From NCBI GenBank assembly GCA_030704615.1, contig CM060732.1:44392001-44456000 (forward strand): a stretch of 64,000 nt of DNA, read 5' to 3'. Below the pieces are notes generated by a model. The model was not told where the DNA came from, did no database searches, and worked only from the letters and a program-made list of their open reading frames with translations. This DNA comes from Takakia lepidozioides. Lineage: Eukaryota; Plantae; Bryophyta. The position numbers were made by a program, and so were the translations under genes. Below, in pieces: positions 24,104 to 35,110 of this stretch (its first letter is position 1; each line of letters begins with the position of its first letter).

Positions 24104-27100
24104 ATGTTGCGTACCTGCGCATTGAGGTTACGGCGTGCGGTCTCTTCGACTTCTCGGGAAGAATTCTTTCTTTGTTATGTGCATAATTGGAACCGAGCTA
24201 GGCAAAATGGAGGGACGGGAGCAATGTGGTCGCGGGAGATAAAGCAACATCTGACGACAGTCACCACTGATGGCAACAGTGGGGCGGAGCAGCCGTTAGC
24301 TGAAGAGAAAATAGAAAAGATATTGACCGCGGTTGTGTTGGAGCGACTTCCTGTGGTGATGCCCCAGCTTGCTCCTTCAGTCTCCGCGTTTCAGTCCTTT
24401 TCGTATGTCTCTCTGTCTCTCTGTCTCTCCGTGCCTTCCATTCACATTGTCTTTAATTTGTTGATTCCTACCTCTCGCCACCTCGTTTACCATGCAATCG
24501 AGAGTGCAGAAGAGAAATGCGCCATCCACATTCCTGAAGAGAGAAAAGGAAGTCGTGAGACTCTTGCCACGTTCTGCACCCACCCTAGCTCAGTAAACCT
24601 CACCTTCTCCCGCACAATATTTAGATCTGGAGGTAAGTATTCAACAACAACCTCTCTTACAACAACTGGAATCTTCCCTCCAGCTATTCTCCCGGAAACT
24701 TCCACTGCCTGTATCCACACCTGGCAATCACAAGAAGTTGGAAAAACCATGGGACAAGGGCAGGTGGAGGCGCAGCAGAATATTATAGTGCAATGTATAG
24801 GGTTCGACTATTAGGGTCCCGACCTTCAGCACTACCTTCTTTGGTCTGGGGATAATGCAGTCAGTACTTGCTGTAACTTCCACCTCAAGGAAGAAGAGGG
24901 TTTATGCTGCAACGGCAGGAAGTTTGTTTGTACCGCCTATCCTACTCAAGCTGAAAAGTCCATTTATGCTGTCGATAGGTGGTAGTCTCATGTAGCAGTT
25001 TACAAGTAAAGTAATGTCCTGAAAATTTCCTGAAAGAGGAGCCATCCAGGGGTAAGGAGAGTCCCCTCCCTTTTTGTGCGTAGAAGGGAAGTCCCAGCAG
25101 CTTTCCCTTTGCAGTTGTGGGGTGTAGACAGATGTTGAGGTGGTGGACTTGGGGATCGTGCAGATTTGAGTGGCAGCAGCAGTTTCGGAGGGAGTATCCC
25201 CAAGAGTTTCTTGATGCCTCTAGTACAAGGTACTTTCTGTGCAGGCCTCTCTGTCCAGTCTGTGTTCCTTGGTCCTTTGGGGTTCTCATGGACAGAATTC
25301 TTTTGCCAGACGTATAACTTCCCACCTTCCTTTCTCCTGCTTGACTGTGTCCAATGGCCCTCACAGACAAAGTCCAATAAAAAAGTTTGTTTCTTTCATG
25401 ACATGTGGCACATATGCCTTTCCTTTCTGTGCTCATCTTCTCAGCAATACCTCTCTAGGTTGCAATCAAGACTTAGGGTTTTTAGAAGTTTTTTCAGGAA
25501 TACACCTGGCCTTTTTCTCACAGAAATCACTCCCAGATGTAGCAACATAACACAACTTTACGGAACTGGATCCAGCGGGCTGTGGTGGGACTTAGGGGTG
25601 ACGATGAGGGAGAAGGTGCCTTTGAACCAGGGCCAACAATTACAGATGCTGACCAGACTGATGATCGCAAGTAAGCTTCTGCCATGTCCACTTCCTGTGC
25701 TCGTCTCCACTCTGCATTGTGAAATATAGCTCAGGACATTTAAGAAATATTAGGTTCCGTTGCCCAGAACAGTCTGGTAATTGCTAGAACGAGTCACCAG
25801 TCAACCAAATGACCCATCCACCGGATGTTGCCCCTAGATCTCCTGGTACAGTATTAGATACAGTTGGTGAGCATTTGTCGCGGGACAGTGAACCTCGTTG
25901 CAGATGTAGTTTGGCATGCCAATGCAACTTCTTCATTAGCTGTATTGGGTAAACACTACTGTGCACCGATTAGAAAAAGGATGTTTCATATGCACCATTA
26001 CATGTGGACTGATAGTAGGGGATGCAGATCATTGCAGAGGGCGTTGGACCGGAGGCTTTACCTCATAATCCGTGGATTCCCATATGGGGGTGTCAAGGAT
26101 AAGCCTATCTGGCATTTCCCTGAAAAAGAATATGACACCGAAGAGACGTTGCGAAAGGTACATGGTCTTTTTTCTGGTAGCACTTGTCTCTGTTGTAACA
26201 AAATTCACAGTTTTCTTCACAATGAAATTTTCCCGGTTTACTGTATCAAGGTTAGACGCACTGTCTATGTTCCTGTTATTTGCCCATATGCTTACTCACA
26301 ACTTCTCTATGGCAAGCAACAGTACAAAGTACATCTGTGGTGCTTCACTGACTTATTCTTCGTAAAAACAAGCCCTTTAGCTTGTAAAACAAAAGAAAAG
26401 GTATAACGGTGAGGGATGTGTACTAGACGGAGCAGTACTGATCAAGGTATCATGTGCAATATTGCCTAGGGCTAAATATCTGACCCCTCTTGGGTCTTGG
26501 GCTGCAGTGTGCAGAATCAGCAATTGAACCATTTGTGAATAATCTGTCAGACCTTTATTTTGTGGGCAATGCCCCATGTGGGCATATTACATACCGTCTC
26601 TCAACTCCTTCCTTCAATGTAAGTCTCACATGCTCACCTCTTTACCTTGCCCCCCTTTTTACCCCAATTGTGCTCTCTGCACCTTTATTTTGCCCCCCCC
26701 CCCCCCTCTCTCTCTCTCTCTCTGTCTCTCTCTCTGGAAGAATGGAGTTAGGCAGAAAACTTCCCTGAACTTGTTTCCAGTCTGTGACATGGAAGAGGCC
26801 ATCATGGATGACCTCAAGGGTTTACCCACCCTCGGCACTGCACTGAATTTAAACTCAGGGCGGGAAACCTACCTTTGAACAGCAAACAGAAGCAGAGAGG
26901 AAAGGGGGATTGCAAACGCCCGTTGTGTGGGCAACCTGAAGAGAATAATCACTTTCTGAGTCATTGTCCTGGGTGGCCACAAGGCTATGGCAAACATCTT
27001 ATGAGTACATTCTCTCTCTTTCTGTGAAGAAAAGACAGCAAACAAACATTTTTATCAAACAAGTTTCCCTTTGCCAGAAGTAAGCGTAACTTCCAAGAAA

Positions 27101-27804
27101 ACTCTGAACCTGAGGACATTATCTCCTCTGAGCTGCAGCTCTGCACTGTCGCCATACTGAAGCGCCCAAACTATTTTGCCATCAGTTGGTACGCTGCAAC
27201 CTGTGTATGCTTACATCTTTGCGCAAAGTAGGTAGTCAAACCAAGGAGCAAAAGGCTTTCAATGGACTTCTTGGAAATGCAGTCAATGTCATTCAGATTA
27301 AGCTTACACTTGGTTCTGTGAGCTGCCTTTTTCTCTGTGATTCATAAGAGAGAGTTGAAGCTGGTAGATCACTCCCTGGTTGATCAGTGTGCAACTAAAG
27401 CTGGCAGGCTCAGCTTATATGTCATGCTGGCTGGATGACGAAATTGGTATTGGTTGATTGTAACAATCAAGCCTTGATGAATTACCAGGCGGGTTGTTAT
27501 GAATTAGCTTACCAATTCTTAATGGATGGGAAGTATTCATTGGTTGAGTTTGGAACATTCTTGGAATACCAATAATTTTTGTTACTGCTCTGTTACTGTT
27601 ACCTTACAGCAATCACAAAGTTGACTGAATGGCATGGTGGGTGGGGGGTTACAGCGCTTCTTTTTCAAGTCACAGATGTTAGGAGGCAAAGTCCATGTGG
27701 TCGGCCGAAAGATTCGAGATTATGCATGGGTATCCAAAGAGGAGCTACCCCAGTACTTTGACCCAAGTGAGACTGAGTACCTGAAAAAAATGTTGCTGGA
27801 TTAG
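24104..27804 (+). CDS. MRPL46: Mitochondrial ribosomal protein mL46 (Nudix-like fold); exons 24104-24402, 25164-25229, 25596-25670, 26028-26157, 26508-26618, 27655-27804
   Basis: Presequence-like N-terminus; AVVLERLPVV, ITDADQTDDRKSLQRALDRRLYL, WHFPEK..ETLRKCAE, YFVGNAPCGH, RFFFKSQ, DYAWVSKEEL; all introns GT-AG and in phase. Confidence 0.93.
26692..26735 (+). repeat. Poly(C) + (CT)n microsatellite in mL46 intron 5
   Basis: Directly visible. Confidence 0.9.
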
Positions 27805-29279
27805 ACTGGAGTTCAAAGCACCTTGGGTGCCTTGAGTTTTCTGTGTAAAGAACATCACAATTTCGGTCACACTAAGGTGCCAATGGTTTTGACCTCCTTT
27901 CGTGGTTGCAGAAAGCAATTTCCACTGCGCAATCTCTAAAGCGACTGCAGCACAGAGTTATCTCGATGAGTGAATAATATCACGTCGTGTTGTCTTGTTG
28001 TGAGGTTTCTCCACAGTTGAGGTGCAGAGTGTTTGGCCAAGATTGTCATGTTTCCCACCACACTGCTCGACTCTATGATGTGTCTAGGATGAGAGAGACA
28101 AATTGCTTCATCCTTTGAATTTCAGCGTTCTCCCATTGGAGTGAGTGTAATACCTTGAAGAGAGTGGTCAGCAAAGTCTATGCAGCCATAGCTTAGCTTG
28201 CAAACATGAAGTTGGGACTCCGCAGAAAGAAGATTCCAACATTGGTGAGCCTCATGAAGAGCTGCGCCTTCACACTCTTCAAGGCCATGACTGATCGTGG
28301 CCACATGGGTATCTGGCACTCTAGTCTCTACAGCAAACCGTTTTTGACACAGTTGTAGTTGGGCACGGGTTTTCCTCCCAGTCTCTGGGGTCCGCATTGA
28401 TCTGCCAAACCACTCAGATTTGGGAGTGTCAGGAACTGCAAGGATTAACAGTCCTTGTCAGATCAATGGCAAGGAAGCAACCAAGATTATCTGCACCTGG
28501 GCAGATTGCCCTTCAAGACCCATTTTACTCTTGAAATGGCTGCACAATGGGGGCACTGGGATTGCCATAAGAAGCACACAGGCTAAACAAACGCACATGG
28601 GCCCAAATTCTCAACGGGACTCAATTTCATTACAGGTTCAACACGTGGTCATGTCAGTCATGGGATTTTTGTCAACAATCCGACCGATCCTGCCTTTTAG
28701 ATATGAGATTCACTTTTCAGCTGGCTTTTCATAATCATTGTACTTTGCTGTGTGATAATTTAGATATCTACTTCACTACTCTACTTTTGTAAATATTGTA
28801 GGTGAGGTGCCTAAAGAATAAAAACGAATCTTCCTAATAATATTCAATTTTCATTAATTATTGGGAGCGGAAGTGCCTAATAAGCTAGGTAAGGGTAAGT
28901 ACAGTAGTAGGTAATTTCTAGTGTTGGACTGGTATATAGGGTCTGGCCGGGTATCAACCAGGGTATTGATTAACGGACCCTGCTGGTATTGGCTAATATA
29001 ATAGTATGTTTAATAACCGTCCCTGCTGGTATTGGCAATTCCATTATTATGGTTGATAACCGGACCGGCTGCATACCCCTATCATGGGCAAAAACAAGGA
29101 CTATACCATGGTATGAATAAGAAATTGGCTGGTTGAACAATATGTCAGGGTCGGGGTAAGAGGTAAGAGGGTGCACATGTCAGGGAGGGCATGTCCAGCC
29201 CCAAGGGCCCTACTATGCTTCATTTCTTACCACATATAGAGCGGGCCCTATTCTTTATTTTATTTTAGCACATGTAAGG

Positions 29280-29645
29280 GCCTCTCATTTTTGAATAATT
29301 GGGAGTTTATGTCGCGCGTGTGAGACAGGGCGTGCACGTCCGCACGGACGCGGGGTTGCCCTCCCCCGCCCCGCCCACCCCAACCTGCCAGCCGCGCACC
29401 GCGGTCGGCAGCCGCCCGCGGCCCTGCCCGCACGCCGCCTAGCCCCCGGACCGCGGCCCCCGCCCTCGCCGCTGGGTCCGCCCGCCATCGGGTCCCCAGT
29501 GGGTCTGCCCAAGCTCGGTCTGTGAGGTCTGCCCGCAGACCACCCCAGACCGGCACAACAGACCCAGACGCACCCCAGATGATGTGCCGCCCATCTCACC
29601 GTGATGCCGCGCTGCTATCGTAGCCGCCCGGATTTAGGACATGGC
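29280..29645 (+). repeat. Left TIR of MULE
   Basis: Aligns with the reverse complement of 41405-41778, with indels in the GC-rich part. Confidence 0.9.
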
Positions 29646-31130
29646 AGCCGCCGCCAATCATGGGCGAAGATTGTTTCATCGATCTTTTCCTCCCTCTGGT
29701 CTGTTCCTGCCAACGCGCTTCCGTCCTGCCAAGAACGTGCGTGCTGTCGTCCTTCGCTTCCACTTTTCCAGGTCGTATTGCAGGTGTTTTCAAGTGCGCG
29801 AAGGGGTACTGCAGTGTATATGGCAGCGGCCGTTGATGCCCAACCAGAAAGCTTTCTTATACGTCCACTACGACAATGTCTTCAAACACCAAAAGATGGG
29901 CCATTTTCCTGCCAAGACCTTTACTGGAAGAACGAGAGTCGCTTTGGATACATGGGCTCTCAAGTGTGGGTCCGCACGGCCTGTATTCCCTGGCAGAGAG
30001 TGCCCAACTTTGTACTTGGAGAGGAGAGTAGAGACGGGTGTTCCACCCAATTTTACATAAATGTGCATGTTAACACGAAGCCCGGACCGCGAAGAGCTCC
30101 AAGAGCTAACACATATCTAACCTATGTCATGTCTGCACCATATTCCCGCACTGCCTCTTTGTTCATGCCCTGTGCTTGTGCTTGCCGGACATGTACATGC
30201 ATGATATGTAGATAGGTTTTAGGCTGTCTTACATGCTTGCAGAACTCCATGGGTGTCGATGACATACTCCGGTGTCGATGACATACGACCCTGTCCAGGT
30301 ATCAGTGTTGCTATGGACCAGAGGACAAGTGCACCAACAATTTGACTGTCACGGATCCTAAAGTCAAGCGAGGAGGTCCGGACGTTGGGGCTGGAAGCAG
30401 TAATCCTCACAAAGGTCCAAGACGAAAGAAAAGCCAATACGGCAAGTCTTACAAGCGTGGGTGTCTCTGTTGTTTCAAAGTCTCGCAATGTTATCTTGCT
30501 CCAGACATTGGGGTCATCACATATTATAACAACATGCAACACCTGGATATGTCCGGAAAACCCTCTCATGGCGGATATGCTGAGTTCCAGTTCAGCCGAT
30601 ATGCTTATGCTCCACATATTAGCGAGGAGCTCAAAAAGTGGATCATGGAATGCTTGTCTCGAGGCTTGAGTGTCGCCCAAGCCATGATTGAACATAAGGA
30701 GCACGTCATGCAGAACAGTGGCTTGGGAGACGCATGGACACACGACGACTTTCTCCTCGAGCAAGATATCCGAAATCTCGCTAAAAAACGAGCCTGACAG
30801 ACCTTCAAAAAACACGCTGATGATGTACAATCCGTGCGTATGTGGAAAGATCAAAACCCGGACTCGGTCTTCTTCTACTAGGAGGAATCATTGGCACCCA
30901 CATTTCAACATTTTGATGGAGATTTGACCTTCACCATTGGGATTCAGACTCCTTGGCAGCGGCGAAGATGTTGGACTTGAGCCATGCGTGCATCGTAGCT
31001 TGTGACGCTACATTTGGAACTAACCATCACAAGGTCTGCCATGGACCCTCTCCACGGGCTTCTGCTAGCATGATAGCATACTACAATGGTCTCCCACTCT
31101 TGTGGTGCATTGCTTATTCGTCCTCAATCC

Positions 31131-31345
31131 CGATAGACCTAACTGTTGTAGACCCTGTCCCAGTACACCCTGTTCCAGCAGACCTTCCACTGCACTCTGT
31201 TTTAGGGCAGACCCTTTTGCGTGTTCACCCTGTTACAATAGACCCCGTGCCTGTTCACCAAGTTGCAGTACACCCTGTGCATGTTCACCAAGTTGCAATA
31301 CACCATGTGCGTTTTCACCCTATTGCAGTAGACCCTGTGCCTGTC
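31131..31345 (+). repeat. 15-nt-period minisatellite (GTAGACCCTGT/GTACACCCTGT) in a transposase intron
   Basis: Repeats visible; translates as VDPVP/VHPVP/VHQVA. Confidence 0.8.
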
Positions 31346-31610
31346 GGTACGACACTAGTCTGCTAATTACAAATTGTCATTTCATGCAGTTCCCCTTGTA
31401 CACGTTGATGGTGTTCGACCAATGGTTGAACGGAATTCCGGTTGCATACATTTTGTCAGCACGCAATTGAACATCAGACCTTATCCCGTGGATGCTAGCA
31501 TTACGTGATGCCCTCCTTCAGGAAAAGCCCAACTGGCGGCCAAATGCCTTCATTGTCGACGACGCTGATGCAAAAATCAATGCAATCCGGTATGCCACAT
31601 CTCAATCTAC

Positions 31611-31745
31611 CCTATGGTCTGCTGTATGGTCCGCTGCAAGGTCTGCCATGTCTGGTCTGGGATGCCACATCTCATTCTGCCCTATGGTCTGCCCTATGGT
31701 CCGCTTCAGGGTCTGCTATATGGTCTACCCTATATGGTCTGCCCT
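31611..31745 (+). repeat. CTATGGTCTG-type minisatellite in a transposase intron
   Basis: Repeated (C/G)TATGGTC(T/C)G units. Confidence 0.75.
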
Positions 31746-32877
31746 GTTTAATCTCATGCTTGTGGCAGTGCTGAATACGAATGCCCGATTCAGGCACTTC
31801 TGACTTTGTGGTCGCATGCAGGTCTGTTTTCACATGAGTATGCATTTTCCTTTGCCTTTGGCATGTACGGAAGTTTTGGGTCAAGCAATCATGCCAGAAA
31901 ATCAGTGATCCGGGAACATCCTCGAAACTGTTGGCAGATATGGGGCGACCTTATGTACTGCAGAGGTGGACCACAGAAAGAAGACGAAGCTGTGAAATGG
32001 GTTAAGAAAAAATTGAAGGCAATGAAAAAGAAATATCCGTCTGGTCAGTTGTTTCGCAACGATAAACAGGAAAAGCACATTTCCAGTGCAATATGTGCAG
32101 CCCGTGACTTACCTCTTTCACGTGTGACTTTGCCTGCAGCGTCTGGGCAGCCTGCTTACGTCATCAACTCCTCCAATCCGAATACAACGTACACTGTGTT
32201 CAATCCAGAATCGCAGTGGGCCTGCTGCACCTACCCGTGGGCACTGAAAGGCAATCTGTGCAAGCATCAGGTTCGAGTCATAAAGTTGCTAAAACCAGAC
32301 CTGCAAGACGGTCTCATTGTCCGGACATGCAGTTCCCACTTCGGTACTGTTCACGGTGGGCTGGAGAATTTGGACAAACACGACGACATGACAGCATGTG
32401 ACTTCAAAAGCGGTAACCTGCGTGCAAGCGCAACCCCGAACATGGCAGAGTCATTGCTCACGGCAGACCTGTTGGAAGCTATTTTGAAACGGGAGATAAC
32501 CGACCTGCTTGACCTCGTACACAACGACGCATACCTTATACACCATTGCTTGTCTGCGGTGCGTGTTTGCCAAGGGCAGATGCAGGACATCCTCGTCAAA
32601 AAAGCTTCCAGCATGTTACACCCGGCTGCAGCACGAGCGTTCAATCGTGTAAAAGACAACAACAACATGTCATTGAAGAGGAAAAAAGATTTTGTGGAAC
32701 ATTTTCAAGCTCGGCGGAAAATGAAACTAAATGGGGGGAAACGTGTGTCTGCCCTTCCCCCTGTTAGCCATATTTACTCAGCTCTGAGGCGGGTGTCTCA
32801 TCGTCCAGAACTGAAAAAGATGAATCAATCTAACTAAGGAAAGGACCTGCAGTTGTCCAATGCGGTAGATCAATTCT

Positions 32878-33050
32878 CACCTGCAGTAGACTAGATCGGC
32901 AGACCGCCACCTGAAGTAGACCAATTCGGCAGACCATAATCGGACACCACCTGCAGTAGACCAGATCGGCAGACCGTTATTGCAGACCACCTGAATTAGA
33001 CCATTTCGGCATACCATGATAGCACACCACCTGCAGTAGACCAACACCGA
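32878..33050 (+). repeat. Five-unit array CACCTG(C/A)AGTAGACCA..TCGGCAGACC with short variable linkers
   Basis: Units start at ~32878, 32908, 32948, 32988, 33028. Confidence 0.85.
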
Positions 33051-33204
33051 CTTGTAATAAACCAATGCGGCAGAGCATCTGCGACTCCCTTAATGTGCTT
33101 TTTAAAGGTTTGATGAAAGAGACCATGAAGTCGAAAAATGAGCCAAAGTGAACCAGTAAACGAATGTAGTAGAGTAATGAAGCAATCATAGTTCAATGAA
33201 GCAG

Positions 33205-33780
33205 ACCAAAGACAGTACACTCGACTAACGATGGGACTGACTTGTGCCCCACATTTAGCCGACCACCAAATTTAGTATACCACTATGTCACAGAGCAGAC
33301 CAGCAACCGTGGTCCAAACTCAGTCCACTGGAGGTAGCAGACCAAGAACATTAATTCAGTAGCAGACCACGTCGAGGAGAACTGCATATATCGACAGATC
33401 AATAGCATCGGACCAGCAAAACGTGGATCACTACTCAATACAAAACGTAGTAGTAGAGTAGACCACGACAGCAGACTCATGAAATGTTCCACAGACCATA
33501 TGAAGCAGACCAATACAGTACACGGGTATCCCAAGACAGTACACTCAACTAACCACCGAATTTGGTCTACCACTATTTCATGGAGGAGACCAACAACCGT
33601 GGTCCAAATTAAGTCCACTCCGTGGAGATAGAAGACCAATCACTTCAGAAGCAGACCACGGCCATGAGTACAGCATACATTGGTTCACAAGCAGACCACG
33701 TGGAACACTACTCAATACAAAACATCGAGCAGAAATGTTTAGCAGTAGACCACGACAGCAGACTAATGAAATGTTCCACA
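33205..33780 (+). repeat. ~300-bp diverged tandem duplication in the MULE intergenic region
   Basis: Shared blocks AAGACAGTACACTC, CAACCGTGGTCCAAA, CACTACTCAATACAAAAC, GTAGACCACGACAGCAGACT.ATGAAATGTTCCACA. Confidence 0.85.
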
Positions 33781-33840
33781 AAAATGTACATCATATATAA
33801 AAATGAACAGACCTGCACCACAGACCACATGAATGAATTT

Positions 33841-34917
33841 TCATTTATTGCCAGGCCTAGATGAAATACCCCAGACTTCGGAAGGGTCTGACACGTCCGA
33901 GATCTTCTTAGATGACAACTGTCTTTCTACAACTACATTCTCCATAGTCCTGAGTGCTTTCAAAATGTACTCAACACACTTTAGGCGTTGCCTGCAAGCA
34001 TAGCGGAATGTAAACCACTTTGAGGTAAACGGCTTTCCTCTCTCTCTAAGTCCTTTGCCACGATCGCCCTTCAACCAGTCGTAGAACCCCTCGATAAAGG
34101 ACATGACGTAAAAGCCACATTCCCAATAGAAGGGTTGTTGTGGCACTTCAGGGACATGAAAACTGAATCCAGTGGCCTCGTCCCACGACGCAGTGTGCGG
34201 CTCCAAGCCGAGACATGCTCCATACACATTTTGAACCCATGGCAATATCTCCACGGGTTTGTGCATCTCCTTGATTGAGTTCAGATGAGTGAACACGCGG
34301 AGCACCCGGTCAATAATCACCAAACTCCAATGAGACCTGCCTCAACGTAGGGCGCATCAGCACAAGGGAACAGCTGCAAATCAAAATGACAGACCCATTG
34401 AGCAGACTGGTAGACCTAGGCAGACCAATGTTGCAGACTAGTGATGGTGGACCAATGATAAAGGGCAGAGAAACAGTGGTACGCACGAACGCAAAGCACT
34501 TACCCATCAACTATTGGTACCAGTATGTACTTGCAGGTCTTCAGGTCCTTCCCCATACGATGCACCGTCAATCCGTGCTCCACCTGCGAGTGAACCCGTT
34601 CCTGACCTGCACTCCAGTGAATCTTCACTACACTCCAAACCCACGTCGGCAAAATAGCAACATCATTATATGTCTTGACATCCAGATCCTTCTGATAAAA
34701 CCTACACCACAACTCAAGCAATCGGTCTGTAACCTCGGATTCTTGTTTCTCTAGCGATTTGAGGTCCTCGGTGGAAATACTGCATCAAACTGTGGGTCGT
34801 TTTCAAAAAAGTATAGCATTGCTTTTCCCTCAGGGATATGTGCGTTGAAAGTGGAGCCAAATCGGGCAGTGAACCTGCACAAACTCGGGAAAAGCCTTTA
34901 AGAACCGGGCTGGCGGA
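33841..34917 (-). pseudogene. Ulp1/C48-like cysteine protease domain exons within the MULE
   Basis: KYILVPIVDG|CSLVLM, THLNSI and VPQQPFYWECGFYV (QQ..CG catalytic motif); intron ~34375-34502; frameshifts. Confidence 0.7.
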
Positions 34918-35110
34918 CCCAAAAGGACCAGACCTACAACGGATACGGTTCTAGACCCAAGGACCAAGCCAACGGAGCATGCCAATGGAGCGGATGAACG
35001 GCAGCCACATCTAACCCAGCAGACCCATGAAGCAGACCTATACAACTTTTTTGCTGCAGACCCATGGACTTGGTGTGTTTAGAGCATCGCAAGCAGACCA
35101 ACGACACTTA

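Larger units (their letters stand above)
29820..32837 (+). pseudogene. MULE/SWIM transposase (At1g60560/At4g13970-like family), multi-exon, disrupted
   Basis: IPWQRVPNFVLGE, YQCCYGPED, KRGCLCCFKV, FTIGIQTPWQ, VACDATFGT|FPLYTLMVFD..GIPVAY, FIVDDA, LCLWHVRK, SWIM-like CTYPWALKGNLCKH; introns ~30131-30298 and ~31034-31389; stops, frameshifts and an apparent internal deletion near 32050. Confidence 0.85.

Noticed and set aside
24622-24638. 8-nt micro-exon (TAG|ATCTGGAG|GTAAGT) in mL46 intron 1
   Set aside because: It would frameshift a gene that already splices in phase; unsupported without RNA data
29260-29599. G/A/R-rich ORFs in the TIRs (also 41292-41846)
   Set aside because: Stop-poor GC-rich inverted repeats, no protein signature
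32878-33050. CRISPR-like repeat-spacer array
   Set aside because: Linkers only 2-12 nt and related to each other, no cas genes, eukaryotic TE context
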